DNA of 63,962 nucleotides, counting the filler, from an uncultured Myxococcia bacterium (lineage in GTDB: Bacteria; CAZTWC01), in assembly GCA_964617105.1 (NCBI GenBank). It is 8 parts of 8 records of this genome, joined end to end, with 100 filler letters (N's around TTAATTAATTAA, not from the genome) between each part and the next. Parts side by side here need not be neighbours in the genome. Positions count along the whole stretch, not along the records: positions 40,976 to 48,988 come from CAZTWC010000167.1; positions 49,089 to 57,044 come from CAZTWC010000168.1; 6 more parts are not named here. One strand, written 5' to 3'. The translations under genes were made by a program, and so were the position numbers. A model generated the notes under the pieces. The model worked only from the letters and a program-made list of their open reading frames with translations. It was not told where the DNA came from and did no database searches. Of the stretch, positions 43,687 through 53,696 are shown one piece after another (the stretch's first letter is position 1; each line of letters opens with the position of its first letter).

Positions 43687-45126
43687 ATGCATCAAATAAG
43701 TCAATGGTTTACACTAAAACAAAAATACCTGGATAATCTAAAGGCAATGTTTCGGCTTGTGGTTTTGGCGACAATTTTATTATCTCTACCCCAAACCGTC
43801 ATCGCCAGCACCTACAAAATCGAGATATTTTTCAACCTCACCGATTCCTATTCCACCTATCTGACAGTGGAGAATGAAGGGTTAGGCGGCGGCTCTTTTT
43901 CAGCCTCTGGCAACAAAATGTCCGGCTATGATTCAGTGATCTCCATCAAAGGCTCAAAACCGGTGGCGGCGGGTAAATACTCCATCTCGGGTCAGAGCGC
44001 TAAACTCAAGGGCAAACTATGTAAAAAACAGGGCATGAGCAGCCGTTGCCGGGTGCATCGCTATTTTTTACCTGATAATGGCGACTATAAAGTTGGGGTG
44101 TGGCTGCAAAATCAGATGGCAGCCGACGGCTTTGACCTGGGATCTGATGGAACTAACTCAAATTTTGGCTCTCTGGCTGTTATTGTCAGTGATCAGCAAA
44201 AAGGGCAGATCTTTGCCTTGAAATGTTTGGGGAGATGTTCGGGGCAAAAGATAAAATACCGGTTTGGCAAGATGCCCTGGAGAACCGTTGGTTCAGTGAA
44301 AACGGGCGGCCTTTGGCAAGTGTTTGATTTTATCCCAGCTGATAACAAGGTGGAAATAGTCAACCGGTTTTATCAACACAGCAAGGTTATCGAGGGCGAG
44401 GTGGTCAATGGTTATGGTTCAAAACCAATTGTTGGGGCCAAAGTGCAACTTATTGAAAAAGGCGGGCTAAGTGGTTCAAAAGTTGTAAAAACCGGAGCGG
44501 ATGGCAAATTCAGTTTTAAAGTCGATGAAGGCTTCTATCAGGTAAAAATTTTTAACCAGGGGATGAAAAAAATTGTGCCTATCAAAATACGAGACGACTT
44601 TCCACAGCATATTTATGCTGTTTTATGGAAACCGGAAAAGATAAAGAGAGTTGAAAAAATTATTGCTACGGCCAAAAAAACTCGAAATCTACCTAAGCGA
44701 AACCGGAAAAAGGCAGGTCCAAAAGATGCTGCGGCCAAACATTCTAATATAACCCGGCAGTTAAAGTCTGGTCTGGTGGATTTACCGATTTTGTTTGAGT
44801 TCAACTCTGATCAAGTTACGCAAAGTGAAGAAAATAGCAAGGTGTTAAAACAGATTCACCAGGCTATAACAGCGGTGCAAAAAAAACAAAAAACCAAAAG
44901 AGTTCTAATTATTGGCCACACCGACAGCCGCGGCAGCCGTAAATACAACCAGATTCTTTCAATCAGGCGAGCCCAAGCAGTATCAAAATATCTGGTAAGT
45001 AAGTTCAGCGATTTGACTAAGCAGCGTTTTGTGGTGATTGGCCGGGGTGAATCGGATCCTGTTTGCCGCCAAAATAGCGAAGAGTGTTATCAGCAGAATC
45101 GACGGGTTAGTTTTGTCAAGGAGTGA
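43687..45126 (+). CDS. Exported OmpA C-terminal domain protein with carboxypeptidase-regulatory-like domain
   Basis: PIVGAKVQL..TGADGKFSF; ILFEFNSD..GHTDSRGSRKYNQILSIRRA..NRRV. Confidence 0.85.
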   Translation: MHQISQWFTLKQKYLDNLKAMFRLVVLATILLSLPQTVIASTYKIEIFFNLTDSYSTYLTVENEGLGGGSFSASGNKMSGYDSVISIKGSKPVAAGKYSISGQSAKLKGKLCKKQGMSSRCRVHRYFLPDNGDYKVGVWLQNQMAADGFDLGSDGTNSNFGSLAVIVSDQQKGQIFALKCLGRCSGQKIKYRFGKMPWRTVGSVKTGGLWQVFDFIPADNKVEIVNRFYQHSKVIEGEVVNGYGSKPIVGAKVQLIEKGGLSGSKVVKTGADGKFSFKVDEGFYQVKIFNQGMKKIVPIKIRDDFPQHIYAVLWKPEKIKRVEKIIATAKKTRNLPKRNRKKAGPKDAAAKHSNITRQLKSGLVDLPILFEFNSDQVTQSEENSKVLKQIHQAITAVQKKQKTKRVLIIGHTDSRGSRKYNQILSIRRAQAVSKYLVSKFSDLTKQRFVVIGRGESDPVCRQNSEECYQQNRRVSFVKE

Positions 45127-45274
45127 TGCTAGCCGGAAACCAACAACAGTATTTTGACTCGTCTATAGTCTGATCAACCAACATATTTAATTTGACAAAA
45201 TTAGTAATAAAAGTTATGAATTTGATAGCATTTTTTTGTTTATTAGCGTAATTTTTTTTTTGGAGGTAGAAATT

Positions 45275-45880
45275 ATGAAGAAATACACACTATTTACACT
45301 GGCGGTATGTTTCTTGGCTGTTTTTTCAATAATGGGCTGCAAGAGCGGCGGTTCCCAGGTGGCTTCGCCAGGTGTTGATGAATGTACATTTCCCGATGAT
45401 GGTGTAACGCCAGCTCCTCTTTGGGTATGTGATGCCCCGGTCCCTGGCATTGAAGTTTCTGCGGTTGGTTCGGCCGAACAGACCAAGGCTGGGTATGATT
45501 TTCAAAAAGATATGGCTGCAGCTGCTGGCCGGGAAAGATTGGCCTCTCAAATGAAGGTCAAAGTAAGTAAGATGATCAAACGCTATGCCGAAACCACTGG
45601 AGTAGGTGAAGCCGAGACCGTTGACAAAGTTAATACCGCAGTATCAAAACTTATCACCCATGAAACTCTGGTGGGCAGTAAGATATATCGCACTCACAAA
45701 AATCCCAAAACCGGGGTTCTTTTTACTTTGGTCGGTGTAGATAAGGCAAATTTGCAAGACAATGTAAAACAGGCAGTAAACAGCAGCATGAAAAACGACA
45801 AGGCTTTATGGCAAAAATTTCAGGCCGGCAAAGCTCAGGAAGAGTTGGCTGCTGGTATCGCCAATACAAAAGCGGAATAG
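45275..45880 (+). CDS. LPP20-family lipoprotein
   Basis: Lipobox IMGC; APLWVC..SAVGSA..AAAAGRERLASQM; GGAGG RBS. Confidence 0.8.
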   Translation: MKKYTLFTLAVCFLAVFSIMGCKSGGSQVASPGVDECTFPDDGVTPAPLWVCDAPVPGIEVSAVGSAEQTKAGYDFQKDMAAAAGRERLASQMKVKVSKMIKRYAETTGVGEAETVDKVNTAVSKLITHETLVGSKIYRTHKNPKTGVLFTLVGVDKANLQDNVKQAVNSSMKNDKALWQKFQAGKAQEELAAGIANTKAE

Positions 45881-46049
45881 TAATATTGTGTTGTCAAAAT
45901 GCAGGGGCGCAATTCATCGAGTTCCGATTTGGGTGTGGATGAGAGTATATGGCGTCATAACTGATTAAGCCAGGTCTTTTGATTGTTGTCCCGGTATTGT
46001 GGCGTCATGCCGAGATATTAATAATGAACCGTCAGGTCAGAAGAGAGCA

Positions 46050-46448
46050 ATGTCAAAAAAAACTATATTTATCAAATATTTGTTGCCTGGTTTGCTTTTA
46101 GTTTTTATCTTAATTAGTTGCGCTGGAGTTAGAACTACCGCCCCTCAATGGGTGATAAATCATCCCCAAAAAGGGGCGGTGGGCAAATGCGGCTGGAGTC
46201 CGGTGCCGGGAAAACAGGAAGAATTGGCCCGGACAGAGGCTTTGGTAATTTTGGCTACCCAGTATTCTGGCGCCAATGTAGATATAAAGAAAATCTTGAA
46301 CCGATATGCCACCAACGATAAGGTCAGGGCCGAGGTGATAGCCAACCACAAAATCACTATGCAGGGAATTACTGTAAAAGGAAAAATCAAAGATACCTGG
46401 AAAGATCCAAAAACCGGCATCTATTATGTCTGGATGGTGCGGGAATAA
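46050..46448 (+). CDS. Small lipoprotein (LPP20-like)
   Basis: Lipobox LISC; APQWV..GAVG..ARTEALVILA. Confidence 0.6.
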   Translation: MSKKTIFIKYLLPGLLLVFILISCAGVRTTAPQWVINHPQKGAVGKCGWSPVPGKQEELARTEALVILATQYSGANVDIKKILNRYATNDKVRAEVIANHKITMQGITVKGKIKDTWKDPKTGIYYVWMVRE

Positions 46449-46471
46449 TTGTGGCGGCTTCCTTGCCCAAT

Positions 46472-47122
46472 TTATAGCTTCTCAACTGCTCTATCGATCA
46501 TTTTATGAAGATAGCTAATATCACCGCACTCTTTTTCACAATGTACAAGCACTGAAAAAACAACAACACCATCTTTGACCCTGATCCCACGAATACTCAG
46601 GTTTATCTTTTTAAATTGGCTGTAGATTTTCCGGGAAACATCTTTGGTGACATCGTAATAGAAAACATCCTCAACCGAATTTTCTCCCACCACTATAATG
46701 TCAGCCCCTACCAATTGACCAATCTCCTTTACTTTGGCAGCATCGAACAGGTCTGATATATTGACTTTTTTTTCTGTTAAAATCTGATTGATATACTCTC
46801 GTTCAACAATTTTATAACCTTTTTTGATCAGAGCAGTGATGAATCGATCGGTGAGATGCCAGTTTTCATTGACCTTTTTTGGGACAATCACATATTGGGA
46901 GCTGCTTTTTTTACCCACCAACCTCGAGAGAAGAGATGGGTTGCTGGTTTTTTTCTCCTGAACCAATACCTTGGAATAAAAAAGGGGAACAGCAATTTTC
47001 CCTGCCTTTTTGGCCCGCCCTTCAGCCATAGCCGATACAGTGATGTCATAGTTGTTTATGGCGCAGGAGCAAATTGAGATATACAGGTAAAATATTGGCC
47101 AAAAATATATGATTTTTCTCAT
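46472..47122 (-). CDS. CsgG/HfaB family lipoprotein
   Basis: Lipobox-like CSC; YKIVEREYINQILTE..IGQLVGADIIVVG. Confidence 0.75.
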   Translation of the reverse strand: MRKIIYFWPIFYLYISICSCAINNYDITVSAMAEGRAKKAGKIAVPLFYSKVLVQEKKTSNPSLLSRLVGKKSSSQYVIVPKKVNENWHLTDRFITALIKKGYKIVEREYINQILTEKKVNISDLFDAAKVKEIGQLVGADIIVVGENSVEDVFYYDVTKDVSRKIYSQFKKINLSIRGIRVKDGVVVFSVLVHCEKECGDISYLHKMIDRAVEKL

Positions 47123-47147
47123 GGTTATCTCATATCGGTTACAAAAA

Positions 47148-47594
47148 TTAAAGGTTGTCTTTTACTTTCTCTTTGATATCTTCTGTCCCCTCTTCTATTT
47201 TTTCTTTGGCTGCTTCAAAACCATCCTGTGCTTTCTCTTTTACAACTTCCAGGCTATCTGAAGCCTTATCTTTTAATTTATCCAACCCATCCTTGCCCGC
47301 TTCTTTAATTTTATCTAATCCGTCCTTACCCGTTTCTTCTATGAATTCTTTACCCTGTTCAAATTTATCTTTCATGTTTTGGGAGGCATCTTTTAGCAAA
47401 TCTGGAGGCTCTTTTGCCAAAAAAGTAAAGTAGCCAAACGCAGCAGCGCAGAGGATAATTACCATCAGTACCAGTTTGAATGATTTTTTTATTAGAGCCA
47501 CAATCAGAATAATTACCGCCAGGGCTGCGCCGCCTGTTACGATAGGATTTTCAAATATGATTTTCTCCAAAAAGAAAAGAAATTTTGATGTCAC
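47148..47594 (-). CDS. Membrane protein with Lys/Glu-rich helical repeats (YtxH-like)
   Basis: Two TM segments followed by GKDGLDKIKE 11-residue repeats. Confidence 0.6.
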   Translation of the reverse strand: MTSKFLFFLEKIIFENPIVTGGAALAVIILIVALIKKSFKLVLMVIILCAAAFGYFTFLAKEPPDLLKDASQNMKDKFEQGKEFIEETGKDGLDKIKEAGKDGLDKLKDKASDSLEVVKEKAQDGFEAAKEKIEEGTEDIKEKVKDNL

Positions 47595-47986
47595 TTATAG
47601 TTTTCGTCTGTCTCTATTATAGATTGATTCGGTTTTTAGTCAACTCTGTTTGGTGGTCAATTATCGGATGAGAAATCAGGTTGTTGACTCCCAAAAAACT
47701 GCTCTCTTTGTTACTGTTTCAATGTTAGAAGCCAAGAGGTTAAACACTCCAGGTAATGCCGACACATAGTTGTATACAAGGACAGTGGTGTTGGTTTTAC
47801 TTAAAGTGGCTTCAGTTGACAGACCTCAATAGATGAAAGAGATTTTACAGTTGATATCAACAAGGTAAAAGAGTATTATTTCAGAATGGCAAATTATTGA
47901 TTCAATTTTGCTAAAAGATTGCCTGAATCATAAATAAATATATATTCTTCATCAGCAGCCACAAAGGCTGGCTGTATCGATATGTA

Positions 47987-48988
47987 GTGGAGTTCAATAT
48001 GCAGCAAATCAGAGAGTGGACCATAGTCAAAGAGATTGGCCGGGGCGGTATGGGAGTGGTCTACCAGGTCAGACATGAGTTTATGGAGGGGGTATTTGCC
48101 CTAAAGGTGATCAAACCGCAATTCGCCCAGGATCAGGAGGTGGCGGCCCGGTTTTTACAGGAGGCACAAAATACCACTAAATTGGATCACCCCAATATTA
48201 TCAAAACCATGCCCCCTTTTCGCGAGGCCAACCAACTCTATCTACCAATGGAGTATTTAGATGGCCAGGGTTTGGATGAGTTGCTGTCCGCCAATTCCAA
48301 TTTAAAAGATATCGGTTTTAGCCTGACAATAATCGGTCAGGCGGCCGCTGGTCTGGGTCATGCCCATCAAAAGGGGCTGATCCATCGTGATCTTAAGCCA
48401 GCCAACATCTTTATCACCAACAAAAAACAGGTAAAACTGCTCGATTTTGGCCTGGCCAGAGGCGATATGGAAAAGAGCATGACTGCCGCAGGTCTGGCAG
48501 TAGGCACCCCAGTTTATATTGCTCCGGAAGTCTATGCTGGCAAAAAAGCCACTTTTCGGTCAGATGTTTTCGCCCTGGGAGTGATCTTGTTTCGAATGTT
48601 GACCGGGCGGTTGCCAATCGAGATGCCGGAGGAGGAATCATCATTAGTGGCAATCGTAGGAGCAATGATGATGGCCCACCAGCGCGGTTTACCAAGATTA
48701 ACCGATTTTGGCCGCCACTTCTCCGGACCACTCGATGATCTGCTGGCCCGGATGCTCAGCATCACTCCGGAACAAAGGCCGGTTGATGGTAGCCAGTTGG
48801 CTGCTATGATAAAACAGACAGCCCGGGCGGTTGCCGGTTCAGGCAGCAGCGAAACAGGCCAGTCGGCAACGCAATCCCACTCAGCGGCCGATGAGCCGGG
48901 CCGCGCATCCTTACCACCGTCTCCAGGCTCACCTCCACCTTCGGCAAAGCCCAAAGTTGACCATGATCACACTAATTTCCAGATGCCC
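47987..48988 (+). CDS. Ser/Thr protein kinase, 3' truncated
   Basis: IGRGGMGVVY, ALKV, HRDLKPAN, DFGLA, GTPVYIAPE; Pro-rich linker at the contig end. Confidence 0.95.
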
Positions 48989-49088
48989 NNNNNNNNNNNN
49001 NNNNNNNNNNNNNNNNNNNNNNNNNNNNNNNNTTAATTAATTAANNNNNNNNNNNNNNNNNNNNNNNNNNNNNNNNNNNNNNNNNNNN

Positions 49089-49315
49089 ATAAGGGGGTGT
49101 TGATAAATCCCCTGGAGATTAAGGGGGGGCGCACCATGTTTCTGTTGGCCAAAGCCGAATTTAGTCAGGGAAAATGGTATGTTACCCACCTAAAAGGCAA
49201 GGGATCTTCCGATATTTTTATACCCGCCTCAGCCAATGCCTATATCCGGTTGGAAGCTGGGCAGCATAATATTCGGGCTGGTTCGGAACTATATTTTGAG
49301 ATTATCGAGGGTTAA
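49089..49315 (+). CDS. moeA: Molybdopterin molybdotransferase C-terminal fragment
   Basis: [19 protein letters not shown] MoeA domain IV pattern, directly upstream of moaC. Confidence 0.7.
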
Positions 49316-49316
49316 T

Positions 49317-49784
49317 ATGGCAGAGTTTACCCATCTTGATGAAAAGGGGCAGGCCCAGATGGTGGATGTGGGCGCAAAATCAGTTACCGAGAGGATGGCC
49401 CTGGCGTCTGGCGCGATAAGAATGGATCCAAAAGTGGCTTCCCGCATCGCCTCCGGTTCAGTATCAAAAGGAGATGTGTTGGCGGTCGCCCGGATAGCGG
49501 GGATTTTAGCGGCCAAAAAAACCGCTGACCTGATCCCTTTGTGCCACCCCTTAGGTTTGGATACAGTATCAGTGGATTTTGTGGTAAAAGAGAGCAGGGT
49601 AACCATTCAGGCCATTGCCCGCTGTCACGGAAAAACCGGGGTGGAGATGGAAGCCTTAATTGCGGTATCAGTGGCCGCCTTAACCATCTATGATATGTGC
49701 AAGTCCCTGGATCGTTCCATGACCATCGAGGATATCCGTTTGGAGGAAAAATCTGGCGGCAGAAGCGGCCATTTTAAAAAATAA
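49317..49784 (+). CDS. moaC: Cyclic pyranopterin monophosphate synthase
   Basis: [37 protein letters not shown]. Confidence 0.97.
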   Translation: MAEFTHLDEKGQAQMVDVGAKSVTERMALASGAIRMDPKVASRIASGSVSKGDVLAVARIAGILAAKKTADLIPLCHPLGLDTVSVDFVVKESRVTIQAIARCHGKTGVEMEALIAVSVAALTIYDMCKSLDRSMTIEDIRLEEKSGGRSGHFKK

Positions 49785-49881
49785 ACGTACTTTCCTTGCT
49801 TGATCCAGGCTAAGAGTCTATCAATCATTTATTCCTGGTATGCTGATTGGTTTGCAAAATGAATAGCAGATCAAGCCAAAC

Positions 49882-49901
49882 AGAGAGAGAGAGAGAGAGA
49901 G
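49882..49901 (+). repeat. (AG)10 dinucleotide tract at the recC ribosome-binding position
   Basis: Ten perfect AG units ending 6 nt before the recC ATG. Confidence 0.9.
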
Positions 49902-49907
49902 TCCATA

Positions 49908-52900
49908 ATGCCGGGTTTGTTTCTACATCGCTCTAACCTTATTGAAAATCTAAGTTGTTCTTTAAGTGAATATCTCAAAAAAAATCCTCTGCAAGATCCT
50001 CTGCAGCCAGAGTATGTGGTGGTATCCAGCCGTGGTATGGAGCAGTGGATCAAGCGCCGATTATCTGAAGACATAGGGGTCTGTTCCAATGTCCTCTTTC
50101 CCTTTCCCACAGAATTACTCAGCCAGGCACTGGCCAAACTGACCACTGATCTCCATCATGAATATGCCAATGCCTGGTCACCAGATTCTTTGATATGGGC
50201 GGTGATAAAATCTCTGCCGGCTTTGATCTCGCAAGAAAGTTTCAAGCCTCTATTTGAGTATCTTTCCCTTGATTCGGAGAGGAAAAAAGAAAAAAGTCCC
50301 AATAAACCTCAAAACCTGGAGAGTGACCTGTGCCAATGCATCACCCATAAAGAGTTGAGCCTGGCAAAACAGATAGCCAATATATTTGACAAGTATGTCA
50401 CTTTCAGACCAGAATGGGCGGTTAATTGGAGTATAGGCAATCCGATAACTGATGATACTCTCGATTCCCACCAGTGGCAGCCCATACTATGGCAGGCTAT
50501 AGAGAAACTTTCAGGTCCAAACCAGGCTCACATTGCCACCAGGTTGCTTCAGTTAAACCCCGCCTGTATTGACAACGCCCCGGCAAAACTTGGCTATTCC
50601 CGGCTGAGTTTCTTTGGGATCTCATCCCTGCCCCGGGTCTATATGGAACTACTGTGCCGGCTCAGTCAATTAATCGAGGTGCATTTATTTATTCTTTGCC
50701 CTTCAGACCAGTATTGGGGCGATCTGAAAAACGTTTACGAGAAAGCCAAGCAACATCATAATGACCGAGAGGTATTTGCCGATTTTCTGCGGGAAAACCG
50801 AGATTCCCAGGAGAAAAAGCAACAAGAAGACCAAAGTCCCCCTTTGCTTCTCTCCTGGGGCCGGGTGGCCCGGGATTTTCAAACAGTTCTACTGGATATT
50901 GACCCTGGCCCCAATTACCTTATTGAATGCACAGAGATTGATCACTTTATTGATCCTTCTTCACCACCGGCTCTGGCCCGAATCCAATCCGATATCTTTA
51001 ATATGCGGGGGCCAAAGCCTGAACCTCTGTCATTTAATGATGACTCTATACAACTTCACAGTTGCCACAGCCCTACCCGTCAAGTTGAGGTGCTGCGGGA
51101 TATCCTTTATCATCTATTTGAAAGGCACAGTCACCTGCAACCTCGGGATATAGTGGTAATGACCCCGGATATTGAAGCCTATGCGCCTTTGGTGAGCGCC
51201 ATCTTTAGTGAAGGACTGTCGAAACCGTCTTCGGGCGGTTGGGGCACGCCCGGCGGGCCGCAAATTCCCTTTCGGTTGGCCAGTTTGAGTTTGCGCCGGC
51301 TCAATCCAGTTGCCGATGCCATGATGCGAGTGCTGGAGATGGTTACTGGACGAGTAGAAGCCAGCACTGTGCTCGATTTTCTAACTCTGGAGCCGGTTCA
51401 ACGCCGGTTTGGCTTCACCCCCGAGGATCTACCCACCCTTCAGCACTGGATAGAAACATCGCAGATTCGATGGGGTATCAATGATCTTCATCGCCATAAA
51501 CAACATAATCAGCCAAAGGATATCATCAACACCTGGCAATTTGGCCTGGAACAATTTGCCCTGGGGGTGGTGATGGCTGATGAGGGCCAGGTAGTTCCAA
51601 CTCTGGAGCCCTCAATTGACGATGCAAACCTTAACCGTGGTGTCATCCCCTATGATGATATGGAAGGCCAGGATATCGAACTGCTGGGCCGCTTCATGGA
51701 ATTTGCCTCATCACTTTTTTATCAAATCGATTGCCTTGGCGAGGCCTGCTCCATTGCAGATTGGGTGCAACGTCTGCACCAACTGGTGGAGGCCATCACC
51801 TCGATGTCTGGCAAAGGGGCATTCCTCACTCGCCGGGTGCTGGAGGTTATTACCTCTCTGGAAGAGGAAGTCCGCCGGGTCAACTGCGACACCCCGATAA
51901 CCATAAAAGCTCTAAAGCAATATCTGGAAGGACGCTTAGAGGTTGCAGAAACCAGCCAGCATCAGAATACAGGCGCAGTGACCTTTTCCAATCTCCAGTC
52001 CATGAGCAGCATCCCCTTCAAAGTGGTAATTCTCATGGGTATGGATGATAACCAATTTCCCCGCAACCCAATCAATCCCCGGTTTGATTTGAGCACCCGC
52101 CCACGGCGGGTCGGTGACAAAGACCCGCGCGATGAGGACCGAATGCTTTTACTGGAAGCCCTGCTTTCAGCCAGGGAGCACTTTATTGTGCTTTACACTG
52201 GCCGCAATGTGCGCACCAATAAAACTCAGGATCCGGCTACTCCTATATCGGAATTTATTGATGTTTTAGACCTATCTTTTGAACCAGTGGGGGGAGAAAA
52301 AAAAACAGGGCATGAAGAAAAAGCCTCCGACTTTCTGACCACCCAACATCCGCTTCAGCCTTTTAGTCCGGAGAATTACCGTTCTAAGCCCACTCACATT
52401 GCTGCATTTCGAACAGAATCACCGGATAGCAGCCTTGTTCCAATAAATTGTCAGGACAAACCCACCACTCACTTAGGGGCAACTCCAGCGAAATCGCCTG
52501 GCAGCACCCCCTTTAGTTTTAATCGTATTCATCTGGAGGGAGCAAAAAGTCTGGGGCAGGAGCGAGTTCAGCCATCAAAATTTTTTAGCCAGGATCTATC
52601 CAATATAGAAATTCCCGCTCATATCCATTTGGATCCGTTGGTCCAGTTCATTCGGCAGCCGGTTCGCTATTTGTTCAAACGCACTATGAATCTGAACTTT
52701 GATGAGAGCCATCAACTGCTGGCCGACCGCGAGCCAATAGAAATGGATTCACTCGATAAGTGGCTAATTGCAGATACTTTATTAGACACCATCATAAAGA
52801 ACCCAAAAAGAATTCGGGCAGAAATTCTAAATAGACTCCGTAGTACCGGCACACTCCCCCTTGGTTATCCAGGACAATTACTATTTGAAAAACAATATCA

Positions 52901-53696
52901 GGCCATGATCAAGGGGAAAAAAATTCTGGATCAAATAACCGGAGGGGCTTTTAAAGACCCTACTTTGCCCATAGAGATAAAATTGCCTTTCAAGGGGGGC
53001 CTGATAGATTTGAGCGGACATTTATCTCAAAAATGGGATAACCAATTAATCTATCTTTTTAATGGCAAAGAATCGCCTAAACGTTTTCTAAAACCCTGGA
53101 TAGATTATCTGGCCTGGACTGCACAAGCCCCGGAGGCAGTCAACAAAACCTATATTATCCAGGCAAATTGGGATGAAAAAATTGGCAAACCCGATATCCA
53201 AACTTTTTCGCTGTCCATTTCAGGCACCCATCAGGAACGGCAAAACTTTGCTAAACAAGAGTTGGAAAACATGATTAACTGGTTTATAGAAGGGCAAAAA
53301 CGCCGGTTAAACCTGGTGGAAAAAACCTCTTTCGCCTTTGCTAAGAGCATAGAAAAATTAAGACTAAAGGAGGAAAAAACCTCTTCTGAATTCTATTTAA
53401 CCTGGGATGATTTTGAAAAGGGTTATCCTACTGGTATTAGCGATGAGCAGAGAAAAATACTAATAAAATCTATGTACCAGGCTGGCAGCGCTTGGCAGCG
53501 CTATAATTATGACACCAATACTTTTGTAGGAGAATTTGCCGATCCTCATCTGGCAATTATCTGGAGTAACCATAACCTAACGCCTTATACTCCTAAAGAA
53601 CCTTGCCAGGAAATTAATCCCCGGTTTGCCTGGCACGCCCTTCGTTTGTGGCAACCTCTGTTGCAAGCTCTACAAGAGGAGGGACTGAATCCATGA
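49908..53696 (+). CDS. recC: Exodeoxyribonuclease V gamma subunit
   Basis: LHRSNLIENL, VVVSSRGMEQW, HSCHSPTRQVEVLRD, DIVVMTPDI, LLEALLSAR, HPLQPFS. Confidence 0.95.
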   Translation: MPGLFLHRSNLIENLSCSLSEYLKKNPLQDPLQPEYVVVSSRGMEQWIKRRLSEDIGVCSNVLFPFPTELLSQALAKLTTDLHHEYANAWSPDSLIWAVIKSLPALISQESFKPLFEYLSLDSERKKEKSPNKPQNLESDLCQCITHKELSLAKQIANIFDKYVTFRPEWAVNWSIGNPITDDTLDSHQWQPILWQAIEKLSGPNQAHIATRLLQLNPACIDNAPAKLGYSRLSFFGISSLPRVYMELLCRLSQLIEVHLFILCPSDQYWGDLKNVYEKAKQHHNDREVFADFLRENRDSQEKKQQEDQSPPLLLSWGRVARDFQTVLLDIDPGPNYLIECTEIDHFIDPSSPPALARIQSDIFNMRGPKPEPLSFNDDSIQLHSCHSPTRQVEVLRDILYHLFERHSHLQPRDIVVMTPDIEAYAPLVSAIFSEGLSKPSSGGWGTPGGPQIPFRLASLSLRRLNPVADAMMRVLEMVTGRVEASTVLDFLTLEPVQRRFGFTPEDLPTLQHWIETSQIRWGINDLHRHKQHNQPKDIINTWQFGLEQFALGVVMADEGQVVPTLEPSIDDANLNRGVIPYDDMEGQDIELLGRFMEFASSLFYQIDCLGEACSIADWVQRLHQLVEAITSMSGKGAFLTRRVLEVITSLEEEVRRVNCDTPITIKALKQYLEGRLEVAETSQHQNTGAVTFSNLQSMSSIPFKVVILMGMDDNQFPRNPINPRFDLSTRPRRVGDKDPRDEDRMLLLEALLSAREHFIVLYTGRNVRTNKTQDPATPISEFIDVLDLSFEPVGGEKKTGHEEKASDFLTTQHPLQPFSPENYRSKPTHIAAFRTESPDSSLVPINCQDKPTTHLGATPAKSPGSTPFSFNRIHLEGAKSLGQERVQPSKFFSQDLSNIEIPAHIHLDPLVQFIRQPVRYLFKRTMNLNFDESHQLLADREPIEMDSLDKWLIADTLLDTIIKNPKRIRAEILNRLRSTGTLPLGYPGQLLFEKQYQAMIKGKKILDQITGGAFKDPTLPIEIKLPFKGGLIDLSGHLSQKWDNQLIYLFNGKESPKRFLKPWIDYLAWTAQAPEAVNKTYIIQANWDEKIGKPDIQTFSLSISGTHQERQNFAKQELENMINWFIEGQKRRLNLVEKTSFAFAKSIEKLRLKEEKTSSEFYLTWDDFEKGYPTGISDEQRKILIKSMYQAGSAWQRYNYDTNTFVGEFADPHLAIIWSNHNLTPYTPKEPCQEINPRFAWHALRLWQPLLQALQEEGLNP

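Noticed and set aside
47987-48988. Kinase as the DGR target gene
   Set aside because: Kinase-FGE fusions can be DGR targets, but the C-terminus is missing and I found no VR-like sequence in the window, so there is no evidence.
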